A stretch of DNA of 63,282 nt, the filler included, from Cercozoa sp. M6MM (Eukaryota > Protista > Endomyxa: Ascetosporea), in assembly GCA_040357565.1 (NCBI GenBank). It is 11 parts of 11 records of this genome, joined end to end, with 100 filler letters (N's around TTAATTAATTAA, not from the genome) between each part and the next. Parts side by side here need not be neighbours in the genome. Positions count along the whole stretch, not along the records: positions 30,910 to 42,272 come from JBDODJ010000403.1; positions 42,373 to 44,184 come from JBDODJ010001911.1; positions 44,285 to 47,632 come from JBDODJ010001491.1; positions 47,733 to 52,744 come from JBDODJ010000993.1; positions 52,845 to 55,984 come from JBDODJ010001596.1; 6 more parts are not named here. One strand, 5' to 3'. The notes beneath the pieces were generated by a model, which had not been told where the DNA came from, searched no databases, and saw only the letters and a list, made by a program, of their open reading frames with translations. The translations under genes and the position numbers were made by a program. Each line of letters opens with the position of its first letter. Positions within the stretch are counted from its first letter, which is position 1. Below, in pieces: positions 38,150-52,859 of the stretch.

Positions 38150-38342
38150 CCGCACACGACTACACACACGCACGTTCAAAAATGAAAACTGCGTATGCAT
38201 CTACTTTTGATCTTTCAAAGCAGTTGAGCATCAATTGATGTTTATGGCACCAAACCGTTTAGTCCTAAACCGTCGTATTTCAAAGGACCAGCTACCATTA
38301 GGCAGTCGCCAGCTACCATTAGGCAGTCGCTAGTGCTCTACG

Positions 38343-40649
38343 CTAGTTGACTGCATGACAGGCGACGTGCGGCGCCAGCGTGATAACGTCGATGGCAAAG
38401 TCAGCCATGCGAGTGTACCACGTGCGTTTCGGCACAGTCAAAACCGTCAAGTCAGCGTCCGCACCGTCAGTTTCGCTGCTGTCGTCGAAACCGTCCCTGC
38501 GCACACAGAAGCGACGGCGCACAAGGTCGGCGTGATCATCCAAAAGAGCGACAAAGTCGTCGTAGGTCTCGCTGCGTTTCTCCGACACGAGCAGCATAGA
38601 AATATGCGGCTTGCCTGCGCCGGAGACACAGTAAAAGTGAAGCACCAGTGACCAGGCACTGACTAGGAAGCTTACCGTGACGAAGGGCACTAACGGTGGT
38701 GTCGATCAGTGCAGGAAACACCTCGGGCAGATACACAACGTCGGTGGCCACGAGGCAGCTCCATTGACGTCTCTGCATACAAATACATCCCAACACACAT
38801 ACATTTATACATATATCCACCCTTAGCAAAGTGTCTCGCTCGGGATCGGTCCAGTCGAGCACATCGCAGGTGATGCCATCGGCGACACCATTGTCGACGG
38901 CATTCTCACGCGCCAAATCACGCACACTTGCCTCGTAGTCCGTCGTCGTCTGTCCGAGCGGAGTGCAAGAGAGTAAAAACACACAGGCTACAGATAGGTA
39001 CAATATGTCGACGTTGACGCCGACACAGTCGCTGCAACGCACAAGCGGCAAAGCCAACACCACCGCCCTGAGGGTACGGGACTCAAGAGAAAACTGGGAC
39101 GAGGCATGGAACAGTACTAATTCCAAGATGTGCTCCTCATGCACATTGGGATCACTGGACGTCTACACGTGTTTTCTTCATTGTGTTGACAGCAATAACG
39201 TGCAGAGTATACCAAGAGACATTCGGCACTGCGCCCCATGGCTTGACGCAGTTCCTGCAGCTTGCCTTCATTGCTATCACAAAGAATATCAAAGTAGACA
39301 TATACAACATGAAAACACGGGCGAACAAAGGGAAACAACTACAAGGCCAGTGCAATTTCGAGCAGCAGGAAGGCCGACGGCCACAGACGAAAAGCGACGT
39401 CGTTGCCGATGTCGCATCTGGCTCGAATCGAGAGCCTGAGAAACCCAAAGGTACCGAGTGTGCATCAAGACGGTGTCTGCAGTAATTACCTCTCACTGAA
39501 CAGCTTGTGTCGTGTCCTCTGATCCCGACTCAGTTGGATCAGCTCCGCCGCATCCTTACTAAAGAGTGCGCACCCTCATCAGACCCCCCCCCCCCCCAGC
39601 ACAGGAAGTAGCAAAACACACGGCCAGATCGACACAGTCTGCGTCACAAACTCGGGAGTCTCTTGGTGGATGTAGCTGCCACTGTCGTCGCATATACCAA
39701 GAAGGAGGTACATCGAGGGTCAAACCGCAAAGAGCTTTTACGCAGCAGTCTCAGCAACGGCATCGTGCACCTCGGTACCGTGTCGCTCGCAAGCAAGTTG
39801 CAGTTGCTGGCAGGCATGACCTGCACTACTCAAACACAAGAGTGTCACATGGAGATTGACACATGTGACATAGGCATGTTCAATACCACTCCAAGTCAAC
39901 GCCAATGTACTTGACGAACAGATCCTGCACCACGACGTCGTGCACTTCGATCGAACTCAGAGGCACCACATCGCCGCACGGCAGCAACGGACTGCGAAGG
40001 AAGCGCGAAACTTCGTGAAACGGCGCCCTCTGACGCACGAGGGCCGCCTACAGCAAGAGTGTGTCACATGACTTAACAGAGTTAAGATAGGGCATACAAG
40101 CGACATTGCGAAGGCGTGAACGGGTGCCATAAAGTGCTCCCACTCTGTCAAAAATCCGCTCAACTCAACCTAAACAAGAAGAGCAAAGTGACTATTCCCG
40201 TACACACACACATGTATATGTATGGTGTCTATGTAATCACATACACCGGCCTCCAGGAGAGCGGCGAAAAGCAAAGGTTTCTCCGGCAAATAGTCGGAAA
40301 ACTCGGTCCGCGCGGAAGGGTCGACCTTAATTTTCCAGCACTGCAAAATAAAAGCAGCACAAAGTACAAAAAGAATAGAGCACTCCAAAAACAAAAAGCA
40401 AAAAGACAGTGTACGACAAAGTTGTAGAGCAGCTCGCTTTCGTAGTACCACGACGAGACACCATCAATTTCACTCCTACGAATCAGCGAATAGAGCACGG
40501 CGAAATCGCAAAGGAGTATCAACGCACGTGCGCGACTCGAATTCCTGCAACTGAGCGACTGAGGCATCATCGAAACTGGCGATCCGAAACTTTAGTGCCT
40601 CGACGGCACTCGCGTCACTCCATAAAACCTTCAAAGCACTCGCAGCCAT
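38343..40649 (-). CDS. Protein-lysine methyltransferase, Methyltransf_16 family (EEF2KMT/METTL21-like)
   Basis: ILEL|GGGVGFAACAL...TTDY...ENAVDNG...LDWTD...LVATDVVYLPE; membership of the 5' exons (40050-40649) is less certain. Confidence 0.8.
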
Positions 40650-40916
40650 ATGTGCACACACTTGATGATCTAACACGTAGTAATTGATTTGGATCTATCC
40701 GTACTGAACCGGAGAACAACCACAAGTCGGAAGTATCGAAACGGATTTTAAAAAAGGAACGCACTGAGCTTCATTGAACCAGCAAAGGTGCCCATCTGCT
40801 GCAGATACAGTGCAGGCGACGAGTTGCTTTTGGGGTGATCGTTTTGAATGCGTTTCTGGAGAACGGTTGCTTCCTCTCACTGACCTGCGGCACATTGTTG
40901 TTTTTGAAACTGATCA

Positions 40917-42216
40917 ATGGGTTTCTTCGCCGTGGCGACTCATGACTTCAAGGCGCGCAACGCCAAGGAGATTTCCTTGCGCCGAGGCCAGCGTATTGAC
41001 GTAATCGATGCCTCTGGCAAATGGTGGATGGCCAGGAGAGGTCGAGATACTGGTCTTGTTCCGTCTAATTACGGTACTGTTCCGCCTCCTTTTCCTTTGT
41101 TCTTTGGCGAGCTCTGAGGCCTCATCACTGCAGTCTCAACCAAGCTGGTGATCCGACGTGCTGTGTACGCCCACAAGGCGCAAGCGCCGCATGAATTGAC
41201 GTACGAGCGCACTCTCAAAAACACTGACAACATTCTTGTTATTCTTGCCTTTCCCGCCTTTCCTTAGGTTCGCGAGCAAGGACCGCGTGCAGATTCTGCG
41301 CGACATTGACGAGTCCTGGAGTGAGGGTAGGTCTTTCACAGGGTCCTGTTTGTGACTGCACCTTACTCTGTGGTCGCCAGGCGTGCTGCTGAACGGCACG
41401 GCCGGCATCTTTCCGCGACACTATGCGCCCGAAGAGATCGAAGTAATCGGAGGTGAGCGAGAAGACGTCTTGGTATATCCACACACATATATATATACAT
41501 ATATATATATATATATTTAACATTATATGTGTCTGGATGTGTGAGCAGGCCAAGTGGAAATCGGAACAACAGCAACAGAAGCAAGCAAAAGAACAAGAGC
41601 AAGCGCAAGAGCAAGCGCAAGAGCAAGCAGCGCAGGAGCAGGAACACGAGCACGAAAGAGAACAAGAAGAGTCAGAACAGGAAGAACTCCTGCATGAGCC
41701 CACTGTTGGTAGTACTGACGATGCCGCCGCTGACCCAGTGGTTGAAATTGTCGACATCGACGATGTTGGCAACGACGGCGACATCGACACCACGGTCGAG
41801 AACGACCACAGCGCCAGCGACTCGATCGGTCCCGATGAGACCACTCCCAACCAGAGTAGTCCCGAGACGACCAGTCCAGATCCCAAAACGACCAGTCCAG
41901 ATCCCAACACCACCAGTCCAGATCCCAAAACGACCAGTCCGGACACTGCCGACGATGACAGGGACGACACCATTCGGCAATTGCGTCAGCAGGTCGCCCT
42001 GTTGCAGCAAGAACGCGACCAGTGGCGCGACAAGTGCTCGAAACTTCAGGGCCGTCTACTTCAATACGGTAGCTCCCCTTCCCATCAGCATGCCTGTCTT
42101 GGGTCACCCTTCCTCTCTCCGACCATGTACTTGCTCTCCCACAGAAACAGAACAGCGTGCCTATCGTGAGACACTCGGTGAGGCGCCGCTGCCGCAACCG
42201 GCGCCCTCGCTTCCAG
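40917..42216 (+). CDS. Tandem SH3-domain protein with acidic/Q-rich linker and coiled coil (3' truncated)
   Basis: ATHDFKARNAKEISLRRGQRIDVIDASGKWWMARRGRDTGLVPSNY and AVYAHKAQAPHELT|FASKDRVQIL...WSE|G...GIFPRHY. Confidence 0.9.
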
Positions 42217-42224
42217 TACGTTTT

Positions 42225-42272
<48 letters not shown>

Positions 42273-42397
42273 NNNNNNNNNNNNNNNNNNNNNNNNNNNN
42301 NNNNNNNNNNNNNNNNTTAATTAATTAANNNNNNNNNNNNNNNNNNNNNNNNNNNNNNNNNNNNNNNNNNNNGGGGGGGGGGGGTAAAACTTGCTAC

Positions 42398-44024
<1,627 letters not shown>

Positions 44025-44284
44025 CTACACAGGGGGGGGGGGGTAAAGGAGGCAACAGGGGGGAGGTAACAAGGGGGCAGGAAGGGGGTTAGAAAGGGGG
44101 TTAGAAAGGGGAGTAAAAAGAGGGTAACAAGGGAGGTAAAAAGGGGGGTAAGAAGGGGGGTAAAAAGGGGGGTAAATAGGGGGGNNNNNNNNNNNNNNNN
44201 NNNNNNNNNNNNNNNNNNNNNNNNNNNNTTAATTAATTAANNNNNNNNNNNNNNNNNNNNNNNNNNNNNNNNNNNNNNNNNNNN

Positions 44285-44333
<49 letters not shown>

Positions 44334-44360
44334 CTTGTGCAGAGGATAAAGTGATTTTAC

Positions 44361-45302
44361 TCTGAAGCGGCATGCGCAGCTCCTCGCTGTCTTCGACGCG
44401 CACGCGATGCATCGTGTTTCGAAAGATGTATCGGATGTCGAGATGCCGCCGGAAACTGCCTTCCTCCATGATGTTGCGCGCAATCAGCAAGAGACCAGGG
44501 TCACAGAAACCTAAGCATCAATCAACCAGTTTGCCTTGGTGCGAGCAATACAAGAGGACAACACTACCTTCAATGAGCGACTTGCTGTGCCGGGCCGGGT
44601 AGTGCACGTAGCCATCCGGGTCGACCAGGCACTGTACGGCATGCTTGACATCGAGCGACAGCTGATCGCGCACTTCGTCCAACTTGTGCAACTACAACGC
44701 CAAGCAACACGCACACGTGAGTGTTAACAACTTATTTAAAAAGATGAGCGAGCACACCTGCTGTTTCGTCATTTCGTGCTCGGGAAGCGAGTGCAACACG
44801 CCGTACTGTGCTTCGACGACAATTATACCATCGCGCTCGGTCTCCTTGTTTACCACACGTCGGTAGCGCTCTTGCATGTTCTCAACCGCCAACGTGGCCT
44901 AAAACAGCGAACATATCACGCATGGACACAGGCAGTAACCCGAGCTGTCTCACGGCACCTGCTGTAACTGCTCATGGTAGAGTCGCTCGTTCTCGAAGCC
45001 GGACTCCTCAACCAGACCGAGGTCAATATCGTAAAACGTCTTGCGCAGCAGGTCGCTCAACGTGTCGTATGCCTCGCTGATACGCGTCCACTGTGCCTGC
45101 GCCTCACGTCGCTCCTCCTCCGTTTTGCTGACCTGGACACAGCGACACATGGCGAGCCATGTGGGCGAGATAGATGATCTACCTGACGATCGGGATGGTA
45201 CTTTCGAGCACATTTACGGTAGGCACGCTTAATTTCTGACTGCGAGGCCGATGTCGACACGCACAGCACCTCGTAATAGTTCAGTTCGGTGTGAACCGTC
45301 AT
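44361..45302 (-). CDS. DNAJC11: Compact DNAJC11-like co-chaperone: J domain fused directly to DUF3395
   Basis: J domain NYYEVL...YHPDR...[10 protein letters not shown]; then [33 protein letters not shown]...[10 protein letters not shown]...EG|FCDP...[25 protein letters not shown]. Confidence 0.85.
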
Positions 45303-45778
45303 CTACAAAACAATAACACACTCTCTCTGGCGAACCAAAAGCACAAGTATTTCGGTTGATCAGGCAAATACTGTCCAAATGCTGGCCGTTTCAGACGGAT
45401 ATCGTACGATCAAACAAAACGGCAGGACGACACACCCTCACTCGCACACACTCCTTCAGAACTCAGAGAAAAGAAAACTAGACTCGCGCTGCTCTGATCA
45501 GTACGAGTCGTGCTAAATAGCTATACACACGTGAAGGCTTGTGCCGATGCAGAAGCACAATGTTTTAACTGCAAAATTGAGTTTGTTAAGGGACCGAATC
45601 TGTGCTGCCGTTGGAGTCTAGAATTATCATTAGCGCGTTTCCCAGTGCGATCTATTGAAGTGTTTGGACATACAAGCGACGCGGTGTTGCAAGGCCCGGC
45701 GCTGTTTCTCCTGTTCACGGTTGTTTCCAGCACTGCCCAGACGAGTGCCCGTTGTCAGTGAGCAGGGTTTGTCAAAAG

Positions 45779-46778
45779 ATGAGTGTGCAAAACGCGTTAG
45801 GTATGCTGTGTTTGTGTCGACACATTGTTTGGCTTTTTCGCGCTGGCCTGGAAAACCGAGTATGTTTTGTCTCGCCAGACCAGCAAAAGGCGGTCGTTCT
45901 TCAATTAAGGACTCTCGCGAGCGATCCGGAGAATCAAGAATACATCGTGCGCGAGATGGGATGCATGAGTGGCCTGGTGAACTTCCTGGGTAGCGATCAC
46001 GACGAGATTGCACTGCCAGCCATGCAAGCCATCCATTTTTTGGCTTCGCATCCTGGTAACCCCCCCCCCCTTCTTTGTTTTTGTTCTACTCGCACGTACG
46101 TTTATCCAAAGGAAACCGTGACTCGCTGGCGAATTTTGAGGGTCTTCTTGACAAACTTCAGAGACTAACGCAACAGTACCGCATCTTTGGTGCTTGTGTT
46201 TTGGATACGGGATTTACGGCACCAATCCGTGTAGTTCGAACGAGAACGTGGTGCATTTTGCGCGGCAAACAATCGAGAAACTTGATCTTTCCGCTTCCAC
46301 TACTGCCTCCAGCAAGGTAGTCCCTTGTGCCACCGTTGTGTTTTGCCACGCGGATGGGAGTATGTTCTCGTGTGTTCGCAGGCCACACAGAGTTTCACGC
46401 GGAAGTCGCTCATAACGCTCCAGTTTCGCGTGAGCAACCTGTCGACGCCGATACAGCGACAGGTATGTGTTGGTGTTGGTGTAGATTTTTCTGCATCTGT
46501 GTGGGCACGTTCTGTTGCGTCACTCTTATTCACGCATTTGTAGGTCGCAGAGCGAGTGGTTCTGCAGGTCCGAGGCGTTGTCTCGGTCACTGTTGACCTG
46601 TTGTCAAAGAAGCTGACCGTATACACGACGCGCGACACGCCAAGTCACACTGACGAGGTGAGTTTCTCAGTTTCAGGTGCAGTTTTAAGGCATTTAGCCT
46701 CCCCTGCTTAGGTTGTGCGTGCGCTTGACGATGCCTCACTGCAAGCTGTGCCGTTTGACGAAGTTGCTGGTACAGTAT

Positions 46779-46846
<68 letters not shown>

Positions 46847-47327
46847 CGGATGTCTAAATACGACTGGAGCTTAGGTGCTTCAGCCTCCGCGTCGGCGTCA
46901 ACACCAGCCCCGGTGAGTGACAATGTAGCCCCAGCTTATCTCGACGCTGCAGGTGCTGGCCAAGACTCCGGACAGGTATCTATCTGTTGTTTACCGTTGA
47001 CCGAGTGCTGTGAGGTGCTATAAGGTGTACATCTTTCTTATAGGTCGGCCCTGGAGCACTGACACAATACCATCAATCGGCTGAAAGCTGCACGCTCGTA
47101 CGATTTGTCCTTGTGCGTTCGTGCGTGTGTCCGCTGGTTGGATATAGTCGCGTGTGCTTTAGGCCTCGAGGTTGAAGAAGCAGCGACAGAAGAAGGCGGA
47201 ACAAGCCAAGAAGCAGGAGGAAGCCAAGTCATGGTAAACATCTCGAAGCGGTTCTGTTAAAGGATGGAGCAAGGCAAAATTATTGGTGTTTTCTAGGGGC
47301 TCGACGGTCAAGTCATGGTTCTGGTAG
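45779..47327 (+). CDS. ARMC1: Armadillo repeat-containing protein 1 homolog (ARM + HMA-like domain + aromatic C-terminus)
   Basis: VVLQLRTLASDPENQEYIVREMGCMSGLVNFL (cf. [31 protein letters not shown]), VLQVRGVVSVTVD, PAYLD, C-terminal VKSWFW*. Confidence 0.88.
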
Positions 47328-47732
47328 GAGCCCGGGTCGCTTGACCAAGTCGATGGGTAATTTTGCTTTTCGCAGTCGGGTTTCTTTAGAAAAGAACCTT
47401 AAGGAAACAGGCTCCGCTTTAGTTAGTTAGTTTTTGATTGAACTGTCGGGCGTTTTCTTTTGTCTTAGCTGCTCTAAGTGTCTTCAGGTGTATGCTTATG
47501 GTACACCGGCCTCGGCCAGGGTGCACCAAGGGTGGCTTGCCCACACTTTTTGCGCGGGGCCCACATTTGGCTGAGATCGTTAGTTAGTTGAGTCTTCTAA
47601 GAAACCAACTATGTAGTTCCCCTGCACCAGTCNNNNNNNNNNNNNNNNNNNNNNNNNNNNNNNNNNNNNNNNNNNNTTAATTAATTAANNNNNNNNNNNN
47701 NNNNNNNNNNNNNNNNNNNNNNNNNNNNNNNN

Positions 47733-47791
<59 letters not shown>

Positions 47792-47821
47792 AACCAGTCT
47801 ACCGCGTTCAAACCTGTGTAG

Positions 47822-48470
47822 CACCCATCGATTTTCGATGTGTCAGAGTTGTTGGAGCTGGAGTCGGTTCAAGTACCACATCGTTTCTCCCACAGCCAAA
47901 TCAAACTAATCATCTGGTCTGTAGGCACTGAAGGACGACGAACAGGGCCGTCAGACACTCAATGATCTCAAGACTTTGGCACGTGCCAACTACTCCTCAG
48001 AGTACAGCAGACCATAGGAATTAAGCTTGTGTGGCTATCGCTCATGTTTGCTTGTCCAGTCTGAAGCTCAAGGAGGCTGCACTGCGCAAGGTGAAAGTAC
48101 TCACCGTGGCGCGACAAGCGGCCCTGCAGAAACGACTCGACTTTGCGCAGCTGCGCGAGCGACTCGACTGCACCTCGGAGCGGCAAGTGGAACTTTTGGT
48201 GCTCGCGGCACTCGAGCACGACCTCCTGTCCGGCAAGATCGACCACCGCAACAACTGCTTCTGGGTCTCCGAGTCGCGCCTCGCCTGGCAGGACGAAGAA
48301 GGCGACGTCGCCTCCATCCGACGACGTCTGCAGGCCTGGTACACTCGCCTGCCTCTGACTCTGTCCTCCTCTATCCCAGCTATCCCTTCGAGCTCAGGCA
48401 CAAAACCGGCACGGCAGCACTGGCCATGCTCGACACGCAGATGGCGCTGGCCGACGCGCAGCAAGCGTGA
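47822..48470 (+). CDS. PCI-domain protein, COP9 signalosome subunit 7-like (or eIF3m), 3' part
   Basis: IFDVSELLELESVQ|AL...KVKVLTVARQA...VELLVLAALEHDLLSGKIDHRN...LQAW. Confidence 0.8.
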
Positions 48471-48934
48471 ATAAATGAATGTGTTACAGACTGACTCAGA
48501 TTATGCAGTCTCCGCGGGGATAAATCCGACCCAGACAGACCAATTGGTCTCATTGAAGCAAAAGATAAGAAGAGTTAAGAGTTTGTGGCTCTACGGTACT
48601 ACTGCCTATTGAGCTGTGACTGGACCTGTCTGAAAGCCTGTCCTGTTGGCAAAGAGAAAATCTCATCTACTTGGCATCCACCTCCACAAATAAGCAATGG
48701 CTGCTGTAGAGAGAAGTTTTTTTTGTTACAGTAAATCCTCTCACGATTTTCCCGTACGGAAGATTCCGTCTACAACTCCGTCTAGTTTGACGTAAGAACC
48801 CAGTTGGGGTAACTTCACTTCGCTTCTACAAACTGAATCATTGATTCCCTTGCTTCGTCTCATTCGATTGACGACTTACTTTTTTTATTTAGTTCTTTTC
48901 GCTGACGACCGTCAGTAACAAATGAGTTAACTAA

Positions 48935-51900
48935 TCAGTAGCAGGTAGCATCGGCAAGAACCGACACCTGCACTGGCACGTAGCGGCGTGACGTTGGATT
49001 GCGCAGAAGCAGCCAGTAGCATTTGCGTCCATCGAGATCGCTCTGTTCGCACTGCTGCTGGCGGCAGTATGCGGCCAGACGCGGCAGATGCGCATAGCAC
49101 AGGGCAAAGCCGCGTCCGCGCAGCCACGAGAAGTGTCCGAACGACGCGAAGCCGATCACCTGGCGCAGCGGCGCGATGCTTTCAAGTTCGTCCAGTGGCT
49201 TGCGCTCGGTTCGTGCCGAGCTTTCGCTGAGCGAGAAGCGTTCGACACGTTGCAGACTAGCGAGTGCCTCGCTGTGACAACACGCAAGCAATGTTGAGAT
49301 TACGATCAAAAATATACATTAGCGTGTGTACAGTTCATCGACTCCCTCCTGACTCTGCAGAAGTTCCAGTCGCCTTTGACACCGCGAGTGCCACTCATGG
49401 ATCTGTCTCACGTCCTGCTGCGTTGGCAGCGCCAGCATGGCGTGTTCGCCCTTCAAAAAGCACATGCAGTAACAAGTTAGTTCGAGTCATGCACACGAAA
49501 CCGACATACCACATGGCCAAAGGGTGCAACAGCCTGCACGCACACTAAGGCATCCTGCTCGAATTCGCCTTGTGGGAAGCGTTGCAGCACGTCGCTCCGT
49601 CGCTCCACAAAGTACGCCACCTGGACAGCGCAACAGCCACTTTTTCGCGAAGGAAAACAAAAAGCAAATCAAACGAAAGCTATGTCGCAAAAAGGCAAAA
49701 ATAATTGTGGGACAAGGGAACGCGCCAACGACGTGGCTGACGAGCCGTCAGCGAACTTTAAATGCCCTCAAATCATCTCTGTTGAGCCCGAGTACAAGAG
49801 AGGCATTGATAGCCTCAACTCGCATGTAAACGTTGCTGTTGTTTAGGCCCACATTAGTAAGATTATATCTCATTCCCGGAAAACAGCAGATGTCTTGCAT
49901 TGTGCCACAAAATCGAAAATGCCCCATATCATGGGTCAAAATATTTTGGTTTGTGATCGATCGTACCTCATTTGATTCGTTTAGTGCAATCTGCGCGTGC
50001 ACTAACTTGTGCCACTCAGCTCTAAGCAAGTCAAAAATGAAAAAAAAACAAGACGAAAAAAATGAGAAGCACCCAAAAGCAAACGGTGTTCGCAAAGCCG
50101 CAAAGTTTGGTCTCTTCGATTCTGGTCTATCACGGACGGACAAAAGATCAATGACCCCCACACAGCGTGCTCAAATTACTTGCGTTGGAAGTCCATCTGT
50201 TGCACGGCACGCTCGTGAGTGTGGAGCATGCACCCGGCCACCGAGTCAATTGCATCCTCGGGGAAGTGACACCTGGAAAACGCTGTGTGACACAAGACAT
50301 GTGATCCAAGTCGAAACTACCGAGCACGCTCATTGTAGAAAAGTCGCCTGTCTTTACGAGCAATAAATCGTGCACCGGCCAGCTGGAGGGCTCTCCTGCA
50401 AGATAAACTCAAGCAAAATGAAAAACTCGAGAAAATTAAAGAAAGCGAAAATCGAAATACCAAACACGCACGGCATGCCCCTCTGGCACAAGCAACGTGC
50501 ACGCAACATCATCGTGTGGCGTGCCGACAATCGCGACGTGCATACCGTTCTCAATCGGTGCATGTCGGGTCTCGTCGTCGAAAAACGTGCCTTTCACTTG
50601 CACCTGAGGAAGAAACATGCAACAACCCCAGTGACTGTCACTATAAAAGCTACCTCCACTGATGAAACATATTCCGGCTGTGCTGCGAGCTGCTCGAGTT
50701 TGGCACGAATGTGCTTGCCACGAGGCACCTGGAGGCACAGAGTTTGACAGTGGAAACATCATGGTGAAAGTAGCTCGGTGAGAAAGAAAGTGAAAGCACA
50801 CCTTGGGATACAGTTGTTTGGCATGCGCACGGAACAATTGCACAGGGTCATCCTTCTGCGGGTCCTGGACTACGGCAGTGAGCACGGCGTCAAAGTGCGC
50901 GAGGTTGGCGCACACGGCGTCGTACAGGGAGGCATTCTTGCAATCCTCACGCGGTCGCAGCACTGCCTGCAGCACGAACGGCGTCTGGCGACCGCGAAGT
51001 TCGAAACGATTCACGTCAATCTCTCGCAGCTGCAGTTGCGCCGCCGACAGCAAGTGCTTGACACGCGCACACGCTGCCGGGTGCACAAACAACCAAGCCA
51101 GCCGCTCGCTCAATCGAACGCACTGCACGACCGACACAAAGCCGCGCGGAAAGCGCCCAGTCTCGTGCACTGACAACAAGCTCACAGTGCGCGAAAGCTT
51201 CGTTTCATCCGCACCTGTCAGTTGACGCAACTGTTCAGACAGACTGGCACCCGCGGCAGGCGACACCTCCAGGCACTGCCAGAACGACGCGTCAAACACC
51301 GAGCATGCCGACGTGCTGGCACGGTGACACGCGCGTGCACCACGCTGAGCACACCGATCGGCGAGTTTGTAGCCCCACAAGTTTGCCATGTGCGCACGTT
51401 TCGCATGCCAGCTGTCACAACAAATCCAATCAACAGCTTTAAAAGCAGGGCAAAAAACTGTACATGTGAGTTTCGAGCCACTGATGCTTCTGCGAGCGAC
51501 GCGCATACTTATCAAGCGCATTGCCTTTGCGTCGACGGTACTTTCGAGTGCGTCGTTGCGGCTCCTTTCCTGCGTTGGCGCCACGTTTAACCTGGACAAG
51601 CCAAAAAACTAAGTGTGGACGCTCAAGAATGTCGTGAAGAGAAGGGGCACCTCAGCAGCCGCAGCAGCTCGCAGACGACGCGGAATCACGTGCATGTTGT
51701 GCGACGACGCTCTTCGTCGCAAGTGACGCGGCACTTGCTGAAACACGCGAATGTTGCCGCTGTGGGAAAGGCCTCAAGGTTAAATTTTCTCCCGTTTTGA
51801 CTCAGTGAGGTATCAAGTGAAACTACGCTGTTCCCTGACGCAGAAGAGCGCCCATCTCTCGGATACGTGCGGCGATCAGTTCATCTGCGCCCAGGTGGCG

Positions 51901-52014
51901 TGGCAGCGAAGTCGTGGTCTGTCACACAGAGAGTTTCAATCCGTCCGCGCGCACGAAATATTATATTCATTGTCGCGCCCATACCACACGACGTCGCTTA
52001 TCGTGCCACGGCAT
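48935..52014 (-). CDS. POP1: RNase P/MRP subunit POP1
   Basis: VFQQVPRHLRRRASSHN, WHAKRAHMANLWGYKLA, PESKRPNF, C-terminal VIGFASFGHFSWLRGRG...LLRNPTS. Confidence 0.92.
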
Positions 52015-52166
52015 CACTGCAAAACCAACGAGAACTAGCACACACCCAGTCACACCTGCAGACTACGATAGTACAGTCTTGCGCGGAGCGCTGGTGACAA
52101 TAATAAAAAGAAAAGGCCAAGCTCAGAGCTGGACAGGGTCCTCGACCATAAGGTGTGGCAGGACCG

Positions 52167-52648
52167 ATGGCAGTGAGGTGGTGGTTGCCGATCGTTGCGG
52201 CTGCCGGCCTCTCGCTGGTCGTGGCGGCGGACGAAATCGCCACAAGGTGAGATCAGTTGAACTTTTTGACTGGTCGGTATTTCGTGAAAATACGCAGCGA
52301 GCACGTGAAACAAGGAGAAGGAGAGGTCGCTGCTGCTGATGACGCAGCTCCACTCAGTCGTACGTTTAGCGGTGCTTTCGTATCGTCGCTCGCCATGATC
52401 ATTGCTTCGGTAAATAATAGGTCTTTTTACTTTGACTCGGCTATTGGAATATCTTTTTCTGCAGGAGCTGGGCGACAAGACTTTCTTCATTGCCGCCATT
52501 TTGAGCATGAGATTCGATCGTGCCGTCGTCTACGCCGGTGCTATGGTACTTTCACAGCTTGCGTTGTGGAAGCTTGCTAATGCTTGTGGCTGCGCAGGGA
52601 GCTTTGGCCGTGATGCATGTGCTTTCGGCAGTGCTCGGTGCGGCTTCG
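52167..52648 (+). CDS. GDT1/TMEM165 (UPF0016) Ca2+/Mn2+ transporter, 5' part
   Basis: Signal-peptide-like start, then FVSSLAMIIAS|ELGDKTFFIAAILSMR (E-x-G-D-K-T motif). Confidence 0.93.
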
Positions 52649-52859
52649 GTACTATTTACTTCTGCTTTGCAGTGTCTGTTTGTTGTTTTCTTTTGTTGTA
52701 TTCTACTTGTGTCTTCGTATTCAACTGTGTGTGTGTGTGTGTGTNNNNNNNNNNNNNNNNNNNNNNNNNNNNNNNNNNNNNNNNNNNNTTAATTAATTAA
52801 NNNNNNNNNNNNNNNNNNNNNNNNNNNNNNNNNNNNNNNNNNNNGGGGGGGGGGGGTCG

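Noticed and set aside
47490-47580. GC-rich stretch followed by a T-run as tRNA or ncRNA
   Set aside because: No cloverleaf or A/B boxes recognisable by eye
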